From Octopus vulgaris (taxonomy: Eukaryota): a DNA stretch of 64,000 nt. The stretch is taken from contig OX597824.1 of NCBI GenBank assembly GCA_951406725.2, positions 4,154,001-4,218,000 on the forward strand, written 5' to 3'. Shown here one piece after another: positions 53,073 through 64,000 of this stretch; position 1 is the first letter of the stretch; each line of letters opens with the position of its first letter. The notes under the pieces were generated by a model, which ran no database searches, had not been told where the DNA came from, and saw only the letters and a list, made by a program, of their open reading frames with translations. Made by a program: the position numbers and the translations under genes.

Positions 53073-54331
53073 CCTTAGACAATCTTTCTTGTACTATAAA
53101 CAAGCTCTATAGTGCCAGTGCTGAAATGAATTCCTCACCCCCCTGGGTCCCCACTGTAAAGTAGTCAGTGAGACTACTTAAGAAAGAGCAACCAGCATCA
53201 TCTCCCCTCTCCCCATGCAAACACACACACACACACAAAAGAGAAACATACATTAAAAAAAAAAAAGATTGGTACTCTTTACTTTTTCCTATTGCTGGGC
53301 ATATCTAAAGATGAAGGACAATGACACAAGAAGTGAGAAACTGGAAATCCATCCGACCCATGCAAGTTGAGGGAAATGAATGTAAAACTATAGAGAAATT
53401 GATGAAGTCTAAGTCTCACTCATTAGTTATCAGCGAGTGTTACTTTCTATTTCAGAAGCGATCTGAACATACATAAAGCACCTGTTTACAGCTTCATAGA
53501 GGCTGAACACTCACCAGGAAGGTATCGTAATTTAAAGACAGAGCACAACATCACTTATGGGATATAAGTCTCCAGTTCTTTAGCTGTAATTCCAACACCA
53601 ATAAACTGGTTAGTTGTAGCACACACACACAGTAATACATGTTCTAATACACACACACACATAAAACTACATTGACACAGCTAAAGGAACAATCAGCAGA
53701 CTGATTAGAAAAAGCAGCCAAATCTCTCTCAAACAACATACTTTCGGTTTAAATAAAGAAGGACACCAAAATATATAGAAAAGGACGGGATAATTATAGG
53801 TCTGCTGGATAAGTGGTGACCTGGGGTTAAACAGCAACAGCAAAAATTGACAAATATTTATATCTTTTGATAAGATCAGTACTAGGGGGAAAAAAAGCAA
53901 AAAAGATTACCAATATACTAGATTCGTTAATCAAATTAATGAGCAAAAGTAAAGCAAAGTGGGAAATCTTTCTGGATGCTGGTTACAAAGATTTTCTTTG
54001 GTCTCTAAACTGTAAATTGTCATGACTACAGTGGTGGGGGGTGAGCTGGGGTTGTGTGGGTGGGGAGAAGAAGAACAACAACAACAATAGGAACAACAAA
54101 TGTGGAAGGTATCAGAGGAAGGAAGGATGATGATGATGATGCTGATGTTGATGATGATGCAAGAGAAGAGAAGAAATGCTTATAACATGCAGCTCTGTTT
54201 GCCAATCTAAGAGTTATGTAACATGGATGAGTGCATGATGTTGCATCAGCAGAAATTTTGCCATCCAACTGTAGGAAACAAGCAATCAAATATTCTTATT
54301 CATAAAAGAGAAAATAATATCCTCAAGGTAC

Positions 54332-54381
<50 letters not shown>

Positions 54382-54521
54382 GCGTGTGTGTGTGTGTGCG
54401 TGTGTGCATTGAGAGATATTGTTTATGTACATTGTATATAGAATGCCCACACACATGAAGACATAAGATACATGCTTTATTATATATATATTTCTCTCTC
54501 TCTCTGTATATAATATGTGTG

Positions 54522-54583
<62 letters not shown>

Positions 54584-54765
54584 GAGAGAGAGAGAGTTTA
54601 TTGGAACTGAATGTCTATCTCTTGACATTCTGTTTTAATAAGCCACATACTCTACCTTATGTCCTGAGCACTCTTCTCATGCAACACAATTCAATGTTTG
54701 TGCACAGGTTTGTATGCATTATATTAGAAAGAATTATTACTATTATTATGATTATTATTATTATG

Positions 54766-54821
<56 letters not shown>

Positions 54822-55177
54822 GTGTGATAAAGTGAATTGAAAAACTTCTATTAAATGAGATTATCTTTGCAATTAGAAGACAAAACTTGAGCTAGCCTTT
54901 GTTTAAAATTCAAAAGAGTTCAACAAGAAAAACAATACCCACAATATCAATTAATTCAAATTTTTTTGAAAATAAAGACTAAGCTGTCATGAGTGGATTT
55001 TGACTTTGGATCCAACTGAGAAAAGCATCGAGTGTCTTCCGATCTTATTAGTGAAACATATTCACTTGGTTAACCCTGACAATTGAGCAAGTAAACATTG
55101 CAACAGAGACTAACTGGTTTTGCTAATTATGTACACCAGCATTTGAGCAGAAAAAAAATAACTCGCAGGGAATTCTG

Positions 55178-55207
<30 letters not shown>

Positions 55208-55209
<2 letters not shown>

Positions 55210-55680
55210 TACAGAGATGTTCTTGCATAGCAAGTGACCTGATCTGAAATCATGTGCTGGAACAAAAAAAAATTGCAGCATGGAAGGTGTTTATAAGCCA
55301 TTTAAAAACACACAAAAACCGTTTGATTCACTTCAACATTTAAATTTAATTTGCCAAAATATTTTTGTCGCTTTGAGAACGCGACCTGTTCACTGACAAA
55401 ATTCTGTGCTGTATCTCTGCATAATGGCTAAGAGCGTAGGCTACTAACCTCAAGATTCCAAGTGCAATTCCAGGTAGTGAACTGAATAATATTAATAATA
55501 ACTATATCAAAAAATACCTTAGGAATGAAAACCCAGGTTCAAAATTTCCCCAAGACACCTGATGAAGGCTGGAGGGTATATCAACCGAAACGTGTTAACA
55601 ACAAACAAGATGAGGACAAATATCCATCAAATGTAAATAATGTGCATAATTCCTCATCTCTTAAATATAGAACTGTATAA
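55208..55680 (+). mobile_element. Chimeric short retroelement: inverted Penelope-like end + tRNA-like module + hammerhead-bearing tail
   Basis: Follows (TA)n; tRNA-like segment ~55418-55480; hammerhead motif 55554-55596; tail shared with 33110-33235 and 39617-39680. Confidence 0.6.
55554..55596 (+). ncRNA. Damaged minimal hammerhead ribozyme motif
   Basis: gacac-CTGATGA-a-ggctg...caacc-GAAAC-GTGTT; one stem II mismatch and 3 nt shorter at the cleavage site than the 33171-33216 copy. Confidence 0.5.
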
Positions 55681-57119
55681 AAGATGCCCGTTGCATGTGT
55701 GTGTATGCATTTTTGTCTTCTTATCTTGACATTGTGCACTAACTCTGCAAAACATCCTTATCATACAAGCAGAGTTGTTTGCAATCTTCCATGAAAACAT
55801 GTCTGATGGTTGTGCTGTTCAAGTTTGAAAAACGAGAGCAAATTTTACATTGCTATGAAACAAGGTGAGGGTTAGCACAAAACCCCTGCCCTTTTCACTA
55901 TTGCAGCCAAAGACCTTTAGTGGAAGGCAAAGGGCAAGCAACACCTGCATGAATTATTAGACTAATAATACATTGTAGCTGTTGGGTGAAAGAAAAATGG
56001 CTGTTTATTAATGTAATGATTAGTGTTGGGTGAAAGGACATCTTGTGGCAATGTATCGACCCTTTCACATTGCTGCTAAATGGCAAAGAACTGCATATAA
56101 CCATACAGGCATCCGAAGGAAGGTAACTACACAGTTCACAATTGCTGGAAGCAGAAGGCAGTCCATGACACCTGATAGAACTGAACAGGGAATGATCAAT
56201 AAAACCAATAAACCTACTAAACTTATCTCTGATGTTAAAGGAAGGTTCTGCTCTTCTGTGTAACATAACATCAGGCAGTAGAGTGCATGTTAGTGAAAGC
56301 CAGTTCATACTCTGCTAAAGGCCAAATGTTGCTATAGAGCAAACACAGTACAGTAACACACTCATAATCACACTTGCTATGACTAAATCATACGCTTCCA
56401 CAATTGCTTATTATTGTTATTGCCATCTTATCATTCCAAGCAGGTGCTTAACCATTTTTCACAAACATATTTTCTATCTTCTGCAGACAATCACTCATCC
56501 ATTCTTGTTCCAGACACTTATTGTAAACCTTTATGGCAGACTTTTATTGTGGCCATTGACTGGGTTATGGTTTAATGTTTAATGCTAAGATTTCAATACT
56601 TAAGTTACCGTTATTATATTATATGTTGCTGTCTTCACTGAAATGACAAGACCAGCAAAGGGGAAGAAATTTGATAGAATTTCTTCCCCGTCAACACCTC
56701 CTTTACACAACCACACACTGTTAAATTTGACTGCGAGTAAAGAGGAGGAAAGAATGAGATTTTAAAATGCTGTCTTAAATGGGATTTGAATTTGGTCAGC
56801 TATAATTTTATTCCCATATAACTGAAGAATGAAAGACCTGCTATACCTGGAAGAAACCCTGACTGCTGACTATGATCTCAATAATAAACAATTATCTACG
56901 GACGTATGTATTTTCTATGTTTATTTGCCTGTCCCCTTGATGTTTGCTTTTCCTGCAAGTTTGGTTAGATGAGGGTATTTAAGGCAGGATTACCACATGC
57001 TTTTCCTGTCACCAACCCTTACTTGATAACATGCTCAATTGCTATGTTCACCTGCATTGAGTTGCAATTTATAACATTCTATCTGCATGCCATTGTTGCA
57101 AAAGTATTGATGTGTTGGT

Positions 57120-58330
57120 CATGGTGGTGGATTGGTAGAATCTTTACAGCAGTTGAGAACATTCTTTACAGTATTTCATTTAGCTCTTTACATTCTGAGT
57201 TCAAATGCCAGCAAGGGCAGTTTTGCTTTCTATTCGTCTTGGGTGGATAAATAAAGTACCAATCAAGTACTGAAATTGATTTTATCAACTGATCCCCCAT
57301 CCCCTCAAAATTGTTTGCTTTCTATCAATATTAGAAACCATTGTTGTAATGGTGAGTTACAAATGGAGTGTAGAATCCTTAGAACACTGGAGAAAATGCT
57401 TTGTGGCAAAAGTTCAAAGTTTAAATCTCATAAAGGGTTACTTTGCACTTCATTGTTCTAGGATCAATAAAATCAAGTACCAATGAAGTACCGGAATTGA
57501 TTTTTAAACATTGTCCCAATAAATATAACCTTTTGGCAATGTTAAAAATTATAACCACAATTACCATTAAGGCAGCACGCCAGGCAAAATGCTTCGTATC
57601 ATTTTGCCTGTCCTTATGTTTTGAGTTCAAATTCTGCTGAGGTTGGCTTAGCCTTTTATCCCTTTGAGGGTCAATAAAATAAGTACCAGTTAAACACTGG
57701 GGTCATTGTAATCGACCAGTTGCCTCCTCCACCCAAAATTTTAGGCCATGTGGCTATAGTATAAAGAATTGTTACAATTATTATTAAAGTGTTAAGATGG
57801 CAGAATTGTTAGAAGAATTGTCAGAGAAAATGGTAAGCAGCAATTCCTCTTGTTTATCACATTACGCGTTCAAATTTTGCCAAGGTCAACTTTGCTTTTC
57901 ATCCTCTTAGGGCTGATAAAGTAAGACCCGCTGAGCAGTGGGGTTGATGTCATCAACTTAACAACTCCCACTAAAATTGCTGGCCTTGTGCCAAGATGTG
58001 AAATCCTTAAGGTGGAAAAGCTGGGGGAACCAGTGGCACATCAAGCAAAATGCTTAGCAACATTTCTTCCAGGGTCCCTGCAATGTTGGTTAAAATTCCT
58101 TGTAGAATTTATTCTGGTTTTTCCAAATCCCACCAAGATCAACCTTGCTTTTTCTCTCTCCAGGGCCACTAAATACAAGACCCAGGGCCGATGTTGTTGG
58201 CCTTGGGCTATGTTAAAGACAGGCGTTCAGTTCCATCCCTTTCTGTTATGAGTTCAAGTCCTGCTCAAGTATCCTTTACTTTTCCCCTTTCTGAGATCAA
58301 TAAAATAAGAACTGGGGCTGATGCACGTGA
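57120..58330 (+). mobile_element. Cluster of ~6 decayed, same-orientation family A SINEs
   Basis: Repeated gagttcaaat...tttgc.tttcatcc...ataaa..aagtacca units at about 200-bp spacing. Confidence 0.75.
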
Positions 58331-60328
58331 CTATAACTCATAAGGGGGTGCCCCAGTATGGTCATAATCCAATGACTGAAACCGGTGAAAGAGTAAAAGA
58401 ATAGATCATTGCTGAAGGCTGTGATGGAAAGTTTTATTATGCATCGTTAGACTCTGCTGCATGCACCATTACATTCTACCATATTTGCCAAGCTAAAAAG
58501 GTGTCGGTGTGCTGTCCACTGTGGAACGATGTAGAAGAATATTAATCTCTGGTTGAGATATTAATATTCTGTGTTCCGGGGGAAAAAAGAAAAAGTTGTA
58601 AGTGGCTATTTGCTGTGTATGCCATATTTCAGGTCCCTGTGTTTATATGTAACTTAATAAAACAGAGAGAGAGAAAGAAGGGGTGGGGGAGAGGTGGGTA
58701 TTGAATAGAAATTGAAATGATTACTAGGAAATGATTAGAAGAAGACAATAAAGCAAGGAGTGACGACAATGGTGATACTTGTTAAGATGGAGACAAGCTT
58801 CCTGAGATATATCTGTCCTTATATTGGTGTGAATCAGTAGACTTGGTGAGGAGACTAAATCATACATTTTGGCTTCAAGATCTGTCGCATGTAGGTTTTT
58901 CAATGAGTGTTTGGTGTATCACATGTAATCCTATAATCCTAAGTTTATCTGTTTGTATTAGCAGGTTTTAATAATATAAATTGCAATATGCTAACACCAT
59001 ACCTGGTGACAGATTTGCCCTTTATCCAATAATGCCCAGCAGCCAGAGCTGGGCACTGACTCTTAAGAAACTTGTTACAACTGGAATAGTGGACATTTTT
59101 GGCACATATTAATTGGCAATTCATTAATCTTGAAGATTTTCAATTTTGAAAGAACACAACACCAACAACAACAGCAAAGCCAGTGAGGAAGCCTTTAACT
59201 TACAAGAAAAGAAAAAGCAAAATTTTCACTCTAAAATATTTTTAAAAAGGATTAATTTGATAATGTGATTCAAGATACATCATACCTAAATAACCATTGG
59301 CTAGGCTAGAGTGCTTCTGACTAAAACTTTTTCTAATCAGGGCTGAATTAAACAACAACAGTTATTTGTTTGTTTTTCATAATGTTAACAGTAAACTGAT
59401 AGAGCCATTAAAGCATCAGAGAATATGCTTTCTGAGTTCAAATCTTTCCAAAATCAACTTTCATTCTTCCAGCTTCCAGAGTCAATAAATAAAACTCCAA
59501 TCTGGAGTTTTATTTAGTTATTAACATTGTCAAAGCATCAGATGGGGTACCTAGCAGTATTTGTCCTGGAAATTTGCATTGTGAATTCAAATCTCATCAT
59601 AGCCTCTTTTTGTAGAATCAATCCACTGTTTGATTTACTGCCAGCAACAAGTGAGTGCCTTTAGAAAAGTCCACTCTGTTGCAAGCATTTCGGTCAGGTC
59701 TTTCTGGTTTGAGGGTACCTTTCTCTCTTCTTCCTACTTGTCTTAAAGACCCTATAAATGGTCATGGATATTGCCCTTTCTTCCTGACTAAATGATAAAA
59801 AAAAATTATGTAGAACGAACAATCCCAATTTTCAAGAAATACAAAAACAAAAAGCTTTTTATATTGTTAAATCATAAAGAAGTTGCAGAGACCACAATTT
59901 AGAGCAAAGTCCTTTTTTGTTAATATCCCTGGACAAAACTGTGTGGCCTCTCTCATTCAATGTTGATCAAACATCTGCATGTGTATATGTATTAGCCTCA
60001 AGAAGATATTTTCAAGAAGACTAACAGTTGCTCATATATGAAAGTTTCCTCTCTCTACACCTTCAATGTTTATCCAAGGGATAATGCTACTGACTTGAGC
60101 GGATGATGCAGCTCAGCATCATTTTTATTGCAGGGGCTGCAGATAGAAAACAGAGATGGAACATACACAGCAAAGTATCATGTCAGACTCCATAACTGTA
60201 CCCCCCCACCACCACCACCACTTGGGATTGGTTCTTTTTATTCACTATGAAAAATCGTCCAACCCATGCTAGCATGGAAAGCGGATGTTAAACGATGATG
60301 ATGATGATGATGATGATGAAAGCTGTTC

Positions 60329-60558
60329 CTTTGTAGTAAAGATTGTTTGCCAACATAGCATGGCAGTCCTGGTTTAGGACAAATGTTGTTGTAATTTAGT
60401 CTTAGGAATCATTGTCTCCAGCTGGTTCGAAAATGTAAGGACACAGATCGTGTTGTACAGCCAGCTGGAGACGATGTCTCCCTGGGGCTAAATTACAGCA
60501 ACATTCGTCCTAAACTAGGACTGCCACGCTATGTTGGCAAACAGTCTTTACTACAAAG
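60329..60558. repeat. Fold-back element or MITE with ~100-bp inverted arms (60329-60427 and 60459-60558)
   Basis: ctttgtagtaaaga(t/c)tgtttgccaacatagc... pairs with ...gctatgttggcaaacagtctttactacaaag. Confidence 0.9.
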
Positions 60559-61167
60559 TACTGTTGCTGAATATCTCTCATTGTGAGATTTTAAAATAGT
60601 AATTTCCAAAGCTGTTCCTCGTTTCACAAAAACACACACACACACACACACACCACTGCTGCCACCATCACAACCACCAATGGGCTTCTGCATGATTTCT
60701 GCACACTGCCTGCTTCAGGTCTCCCCCTTCGCCTCTTTACTATTCCAGGTGTAATGGACTGAATTTCCTTTCCATGAGTCAGTCACCAGTTGTTGATCTC
60801 CGACGATGTGAATTTAGCAGATAGACGTTTGACTATAACGGTAAGCCATTTGGGTATTTCTGAACTAGTAATGACTATAATTACATCAACTGATAGACAG
60901 TTGTAATGGTTGAGTAGGTACAGAGTCAGTGTTGAGTTATTTCCCTATAAGACACACTATCATTACATCCTATTTCCCAGTGTGAGCAATGATGGGGAAG
61001 ACAGCGACAGACACTTACATATTTCGCTAATTTTTTAAACAATCCTGTAATTAGTGTTGTCACATAATATTTATTTATTTTCTTTTTTACAGCAAATATT
61101 GTGAAAAACAAAATCATTGGTTACAGATGCTCGTGCGTCAATCAATGTCTGTTGCATACATGCATAG

Positions 61168-61239
61168 ATGTATGTATGTGTGTATTTATGTGTGTGTGTA
61201 TGTATGTATGTATGTATGTGTGTATGTATGTATGTATGT

Positions 61240-61275
<36 letters not shown>

Positions 61276-61456
61276 GTGTGTGTGTGTGTAAATGTGTATG
61301 TGTGTGTATATGTATGTATGTATATATGTGTGTGTATGTATGTATGTATGTATGTATGTATGTATGTATGTATGTATGTGTGTATGTATGTATGTATGTA
61401 TGTGTGTGTATGTATGTGTATGTATGTATGTATGTATGTATGTATGTATGTATGTA

Positions 61457-61489
<33 letters not shown>

Positions 61490-61640
61490 GTGTATGTATG
61501 TGTGTTTATGTATGTATGTATGTGTGTGTGTATATGTATATATGTACGTATGCATGTATGTGTGTATATGTATGTATGTATGTATGTGTATGTATGTGTG
61601 TGTATGTATGTGAGTGTGTGTGTGTATGCATGTATGTATA
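61168..61640. repeat. (TATG)n/(TG)n compound microsatellite
   Basis: Directly visible. Confidence 0.95.
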
Positions 61641-62664
61641 TATTGGCAAAGTTGACAAAGAAGTGTCTGTGAGACATAGGTAAAACATCTAATACATGGT
61701 ACTTTCAATTTGAAAGCACCAGTTTATCAGTTTTCCATCTGATGTTTGCATCTATCTCCATTACACAAAACTGAAATATATACACATACACCCACCATCC
61801 TCAGGCCCTCTCTCTCTCTCCACATATGTACCTACATACATGTGCTTACACCCACTTACAAGTATACCATATCTTCCACATAGCTTCCACCTACCAAATT
61901 CAACCCATAAGGGCATTGATCAACCTGAGTCTATGGCAGAATACACCAGCTTAAGATGTCATACTCTGAATCACATCTGCTGCAAAGCAAAATTTTCAAA
62001 CAAAAATCCAGGTCTGAATCAACCGATTTAAAGATCTAGGCAAACAAATATTGAATGTTGGAAACCAGTTTCAATTCCTAGGTGTTCTTAATGTCATCTG
62101 TATCTCATACCTTAAAGATATAAAGGATGGACATGACAAACTTTTCACTCATTTCATGAAATCCCTGCTCCAGCATGGCCTTACATATGATGATTAAAAC
62201 AAACAAAAGAATTGAAGAACTCCGCTACATAAGCAATCAGTACTAAGACTATTCTATGTAAACCAATTTACAAGATAATTCTTCTAAAACTGATGGTTTT
62301 TTGTGATGAAATAATAAACTGTATTAAAATGAGATGATAAATTACTAATTTACACTGGAGTAGTTTTAATATTTAGCCAATAAATAAGCAGCGTTCAAAA
62401 GAGATCAAATATTTGATGTCTATTTTATTTACTCAAATCTATGAAAATAAATTCAGACATGGTTTCTTTTCTTTCTTTTTTTTTTAACTCCATGCATATG
62501 TGTATGTATGTGTGTGTATGTATATGTGTGAGTATGTATACAGAGAGAGAGAGAGAGAGATACATATACACATACACACACACACACACACACAGATAAA
62601 TACACACACATGCATATATATATATATATACATACATACACACATACATACATACATACATACA

Positions 62665-62698
<34 letters not shown>

Positions 62699-63687
62699 CA
62701 TACAAACACATATATATATACAGTATAATGAACTTATTGCACTTTGTGTATACAGTGCTCAGGTGCACGGTATACACACACATACACATGTGTGTATTCA
62801 TACAAGTATGTAGATGTGTAAATAAATTGACAGGCAGGGAACACATTTTGGGAACAGTAGCAGGGAATTTCAGTTGGAAAGCACTGGTTTATTTGTTTTC
62901 TCACCAATATATAGCTTGATGTATATTAGTGAAACACACACACACACACACTGTGTGTGTGTGAGAGAATAAAGCCAATATTTAGATACAATATCCAGAG
63001 ATCATCTATTTTGCCAGTTACAACATGGTCCCACTTCACTGACGACATTCTGACATTCAGTGGCTAATTGTATAAGACATTGTATGAGAGTCTGAATATC
63101 TTACACTTTCTCCCTTGCCCAGTGTGTTTTTTGTTTTTAGTTATATAGTTCCGGGTCAACCTTGATCAATGAACAGACCTATGATAAAAGCATTCCAGCC
63201 ATGACCTTCTTGTCTTTCCCAATGTGCAGGGAACTTAGGACCACATGTTCTTTTTTAAAGATGTTAGCAAGAGAATTTAAGGAAGTTTAGCTACTATTTC
63301 TAAGAAGTAAAGTGACTTTTTAGAAATAGCAGCATCCATCTATATATATACATCAGTAGATTCTTGTAGTGTCCACACAGCAGAGGTTGTCATAGAGGAT
63401 TCAGTCCAATCACAATAGTTGCTGCTGTGTATAGCACAGGTAATTGGGTTCATTTTTGAAAATCACCAATTGAAATGTTTGAGCTGTAATGGTGTAATCT
63501 CAAGCGACATGAGGTCTGGCATTTTTCAGTTAAATGTAGTTTGTAGCAAAATGGCAAACTGATATTAACTAAATCAGAAGATATTAAAAAAAATCGTCAA
63601 AAACGTCAGAAAAGTATAACGAACAATATGAGTTTTGTAATTGGTTTAGGTTTTAATTATCGCTGGTTTTATTTTTTAATGCTGAGT

Positions 63688-64000
63688 GAAGGAGTGTGGC
63701 TCAGTGGTTAGGACATTTGGCTTGTGATCATAACATCATGAGTTCAATTCCCAGCAGCGTATTGTGTCCTTGAGCAAGACACTTTATTTCACATGGCTCC
63801 AGTCCATTTAGTTGGCGAAAATAAGTTGTACCAGTAATTTAAAGGGGACCAGCCTTGTCACAGTCTGTGTCATGCTGAATCTCCTTGACAACTACATTAA
63901 GGATATGTCTGTGGAGTACTCAGCCACTTACATGCTAATTTTATGAGTAGGCTGTTTCATTGACTGGATCAACAGGAACCCTCATGGTCGTAACTGATGG
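63688..64000 (+). mobile_element. SINE family C, nearly full length, cut by the window end
   Basis: TGGCTCAGTGG A box, GAGTTCAATTCC B box, ttgtgtccttgagcaagacactttatttcac CORE-like segment. Confidence 0.85.

Noticed and set aside
5681-62919. Dozens of [16 protein letters not shown]-type ORFs
   Set aside because: They are translations of di- and tetranucleotide microsatellites that lack stop codons.

Overview
AT-rich, microsatellite-dense eukaryotic DNA with no credible host protein-coding exon. Almost every ORF in the track is a translation of (TA)n, (CA)n, (GATA)n, (ATT)n or (GGT)n repeats. The repeat repertoire resembles a coleoid cephalopod (Octopus-like) genome; this is inference from memory of those families, not a database result. 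It includes tRNA-derived SINEs, RTE-type 3' ends with (TGA)n tails, an R4/Dong-type LINE end with a (TAA)n tail, mariner, piggyBac-type and hAT-type MITEs, and Penelope-like termini. The window is most likely a large intron or intergenic stretch. Main points of interest: (1) several minimal type I hammerhead-ribozyme motifs in Penelope-like repeats, one downstream of a tRNA-like head in a chimeric short element (55.2-55.7 kb); (2) a 205-bp, about 94% identical inverted duplication not explained by two independent SINE insertions, a ~100-bp fold-back element, and several short fold-backs at repeat ends, all candidate dsRNA/ADAR substrates; (3) two different hAT-type MITEs stacked at one 8-bp target site; (4) non-repetitive GC-richer islands (9.1-9.4 kb, 28.4-30.3 kb) with hairpins, paired Sox-like sites, clustered AP-1 sites and a miR-34-complementary stretch. 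All alignments and folds were done by eye.
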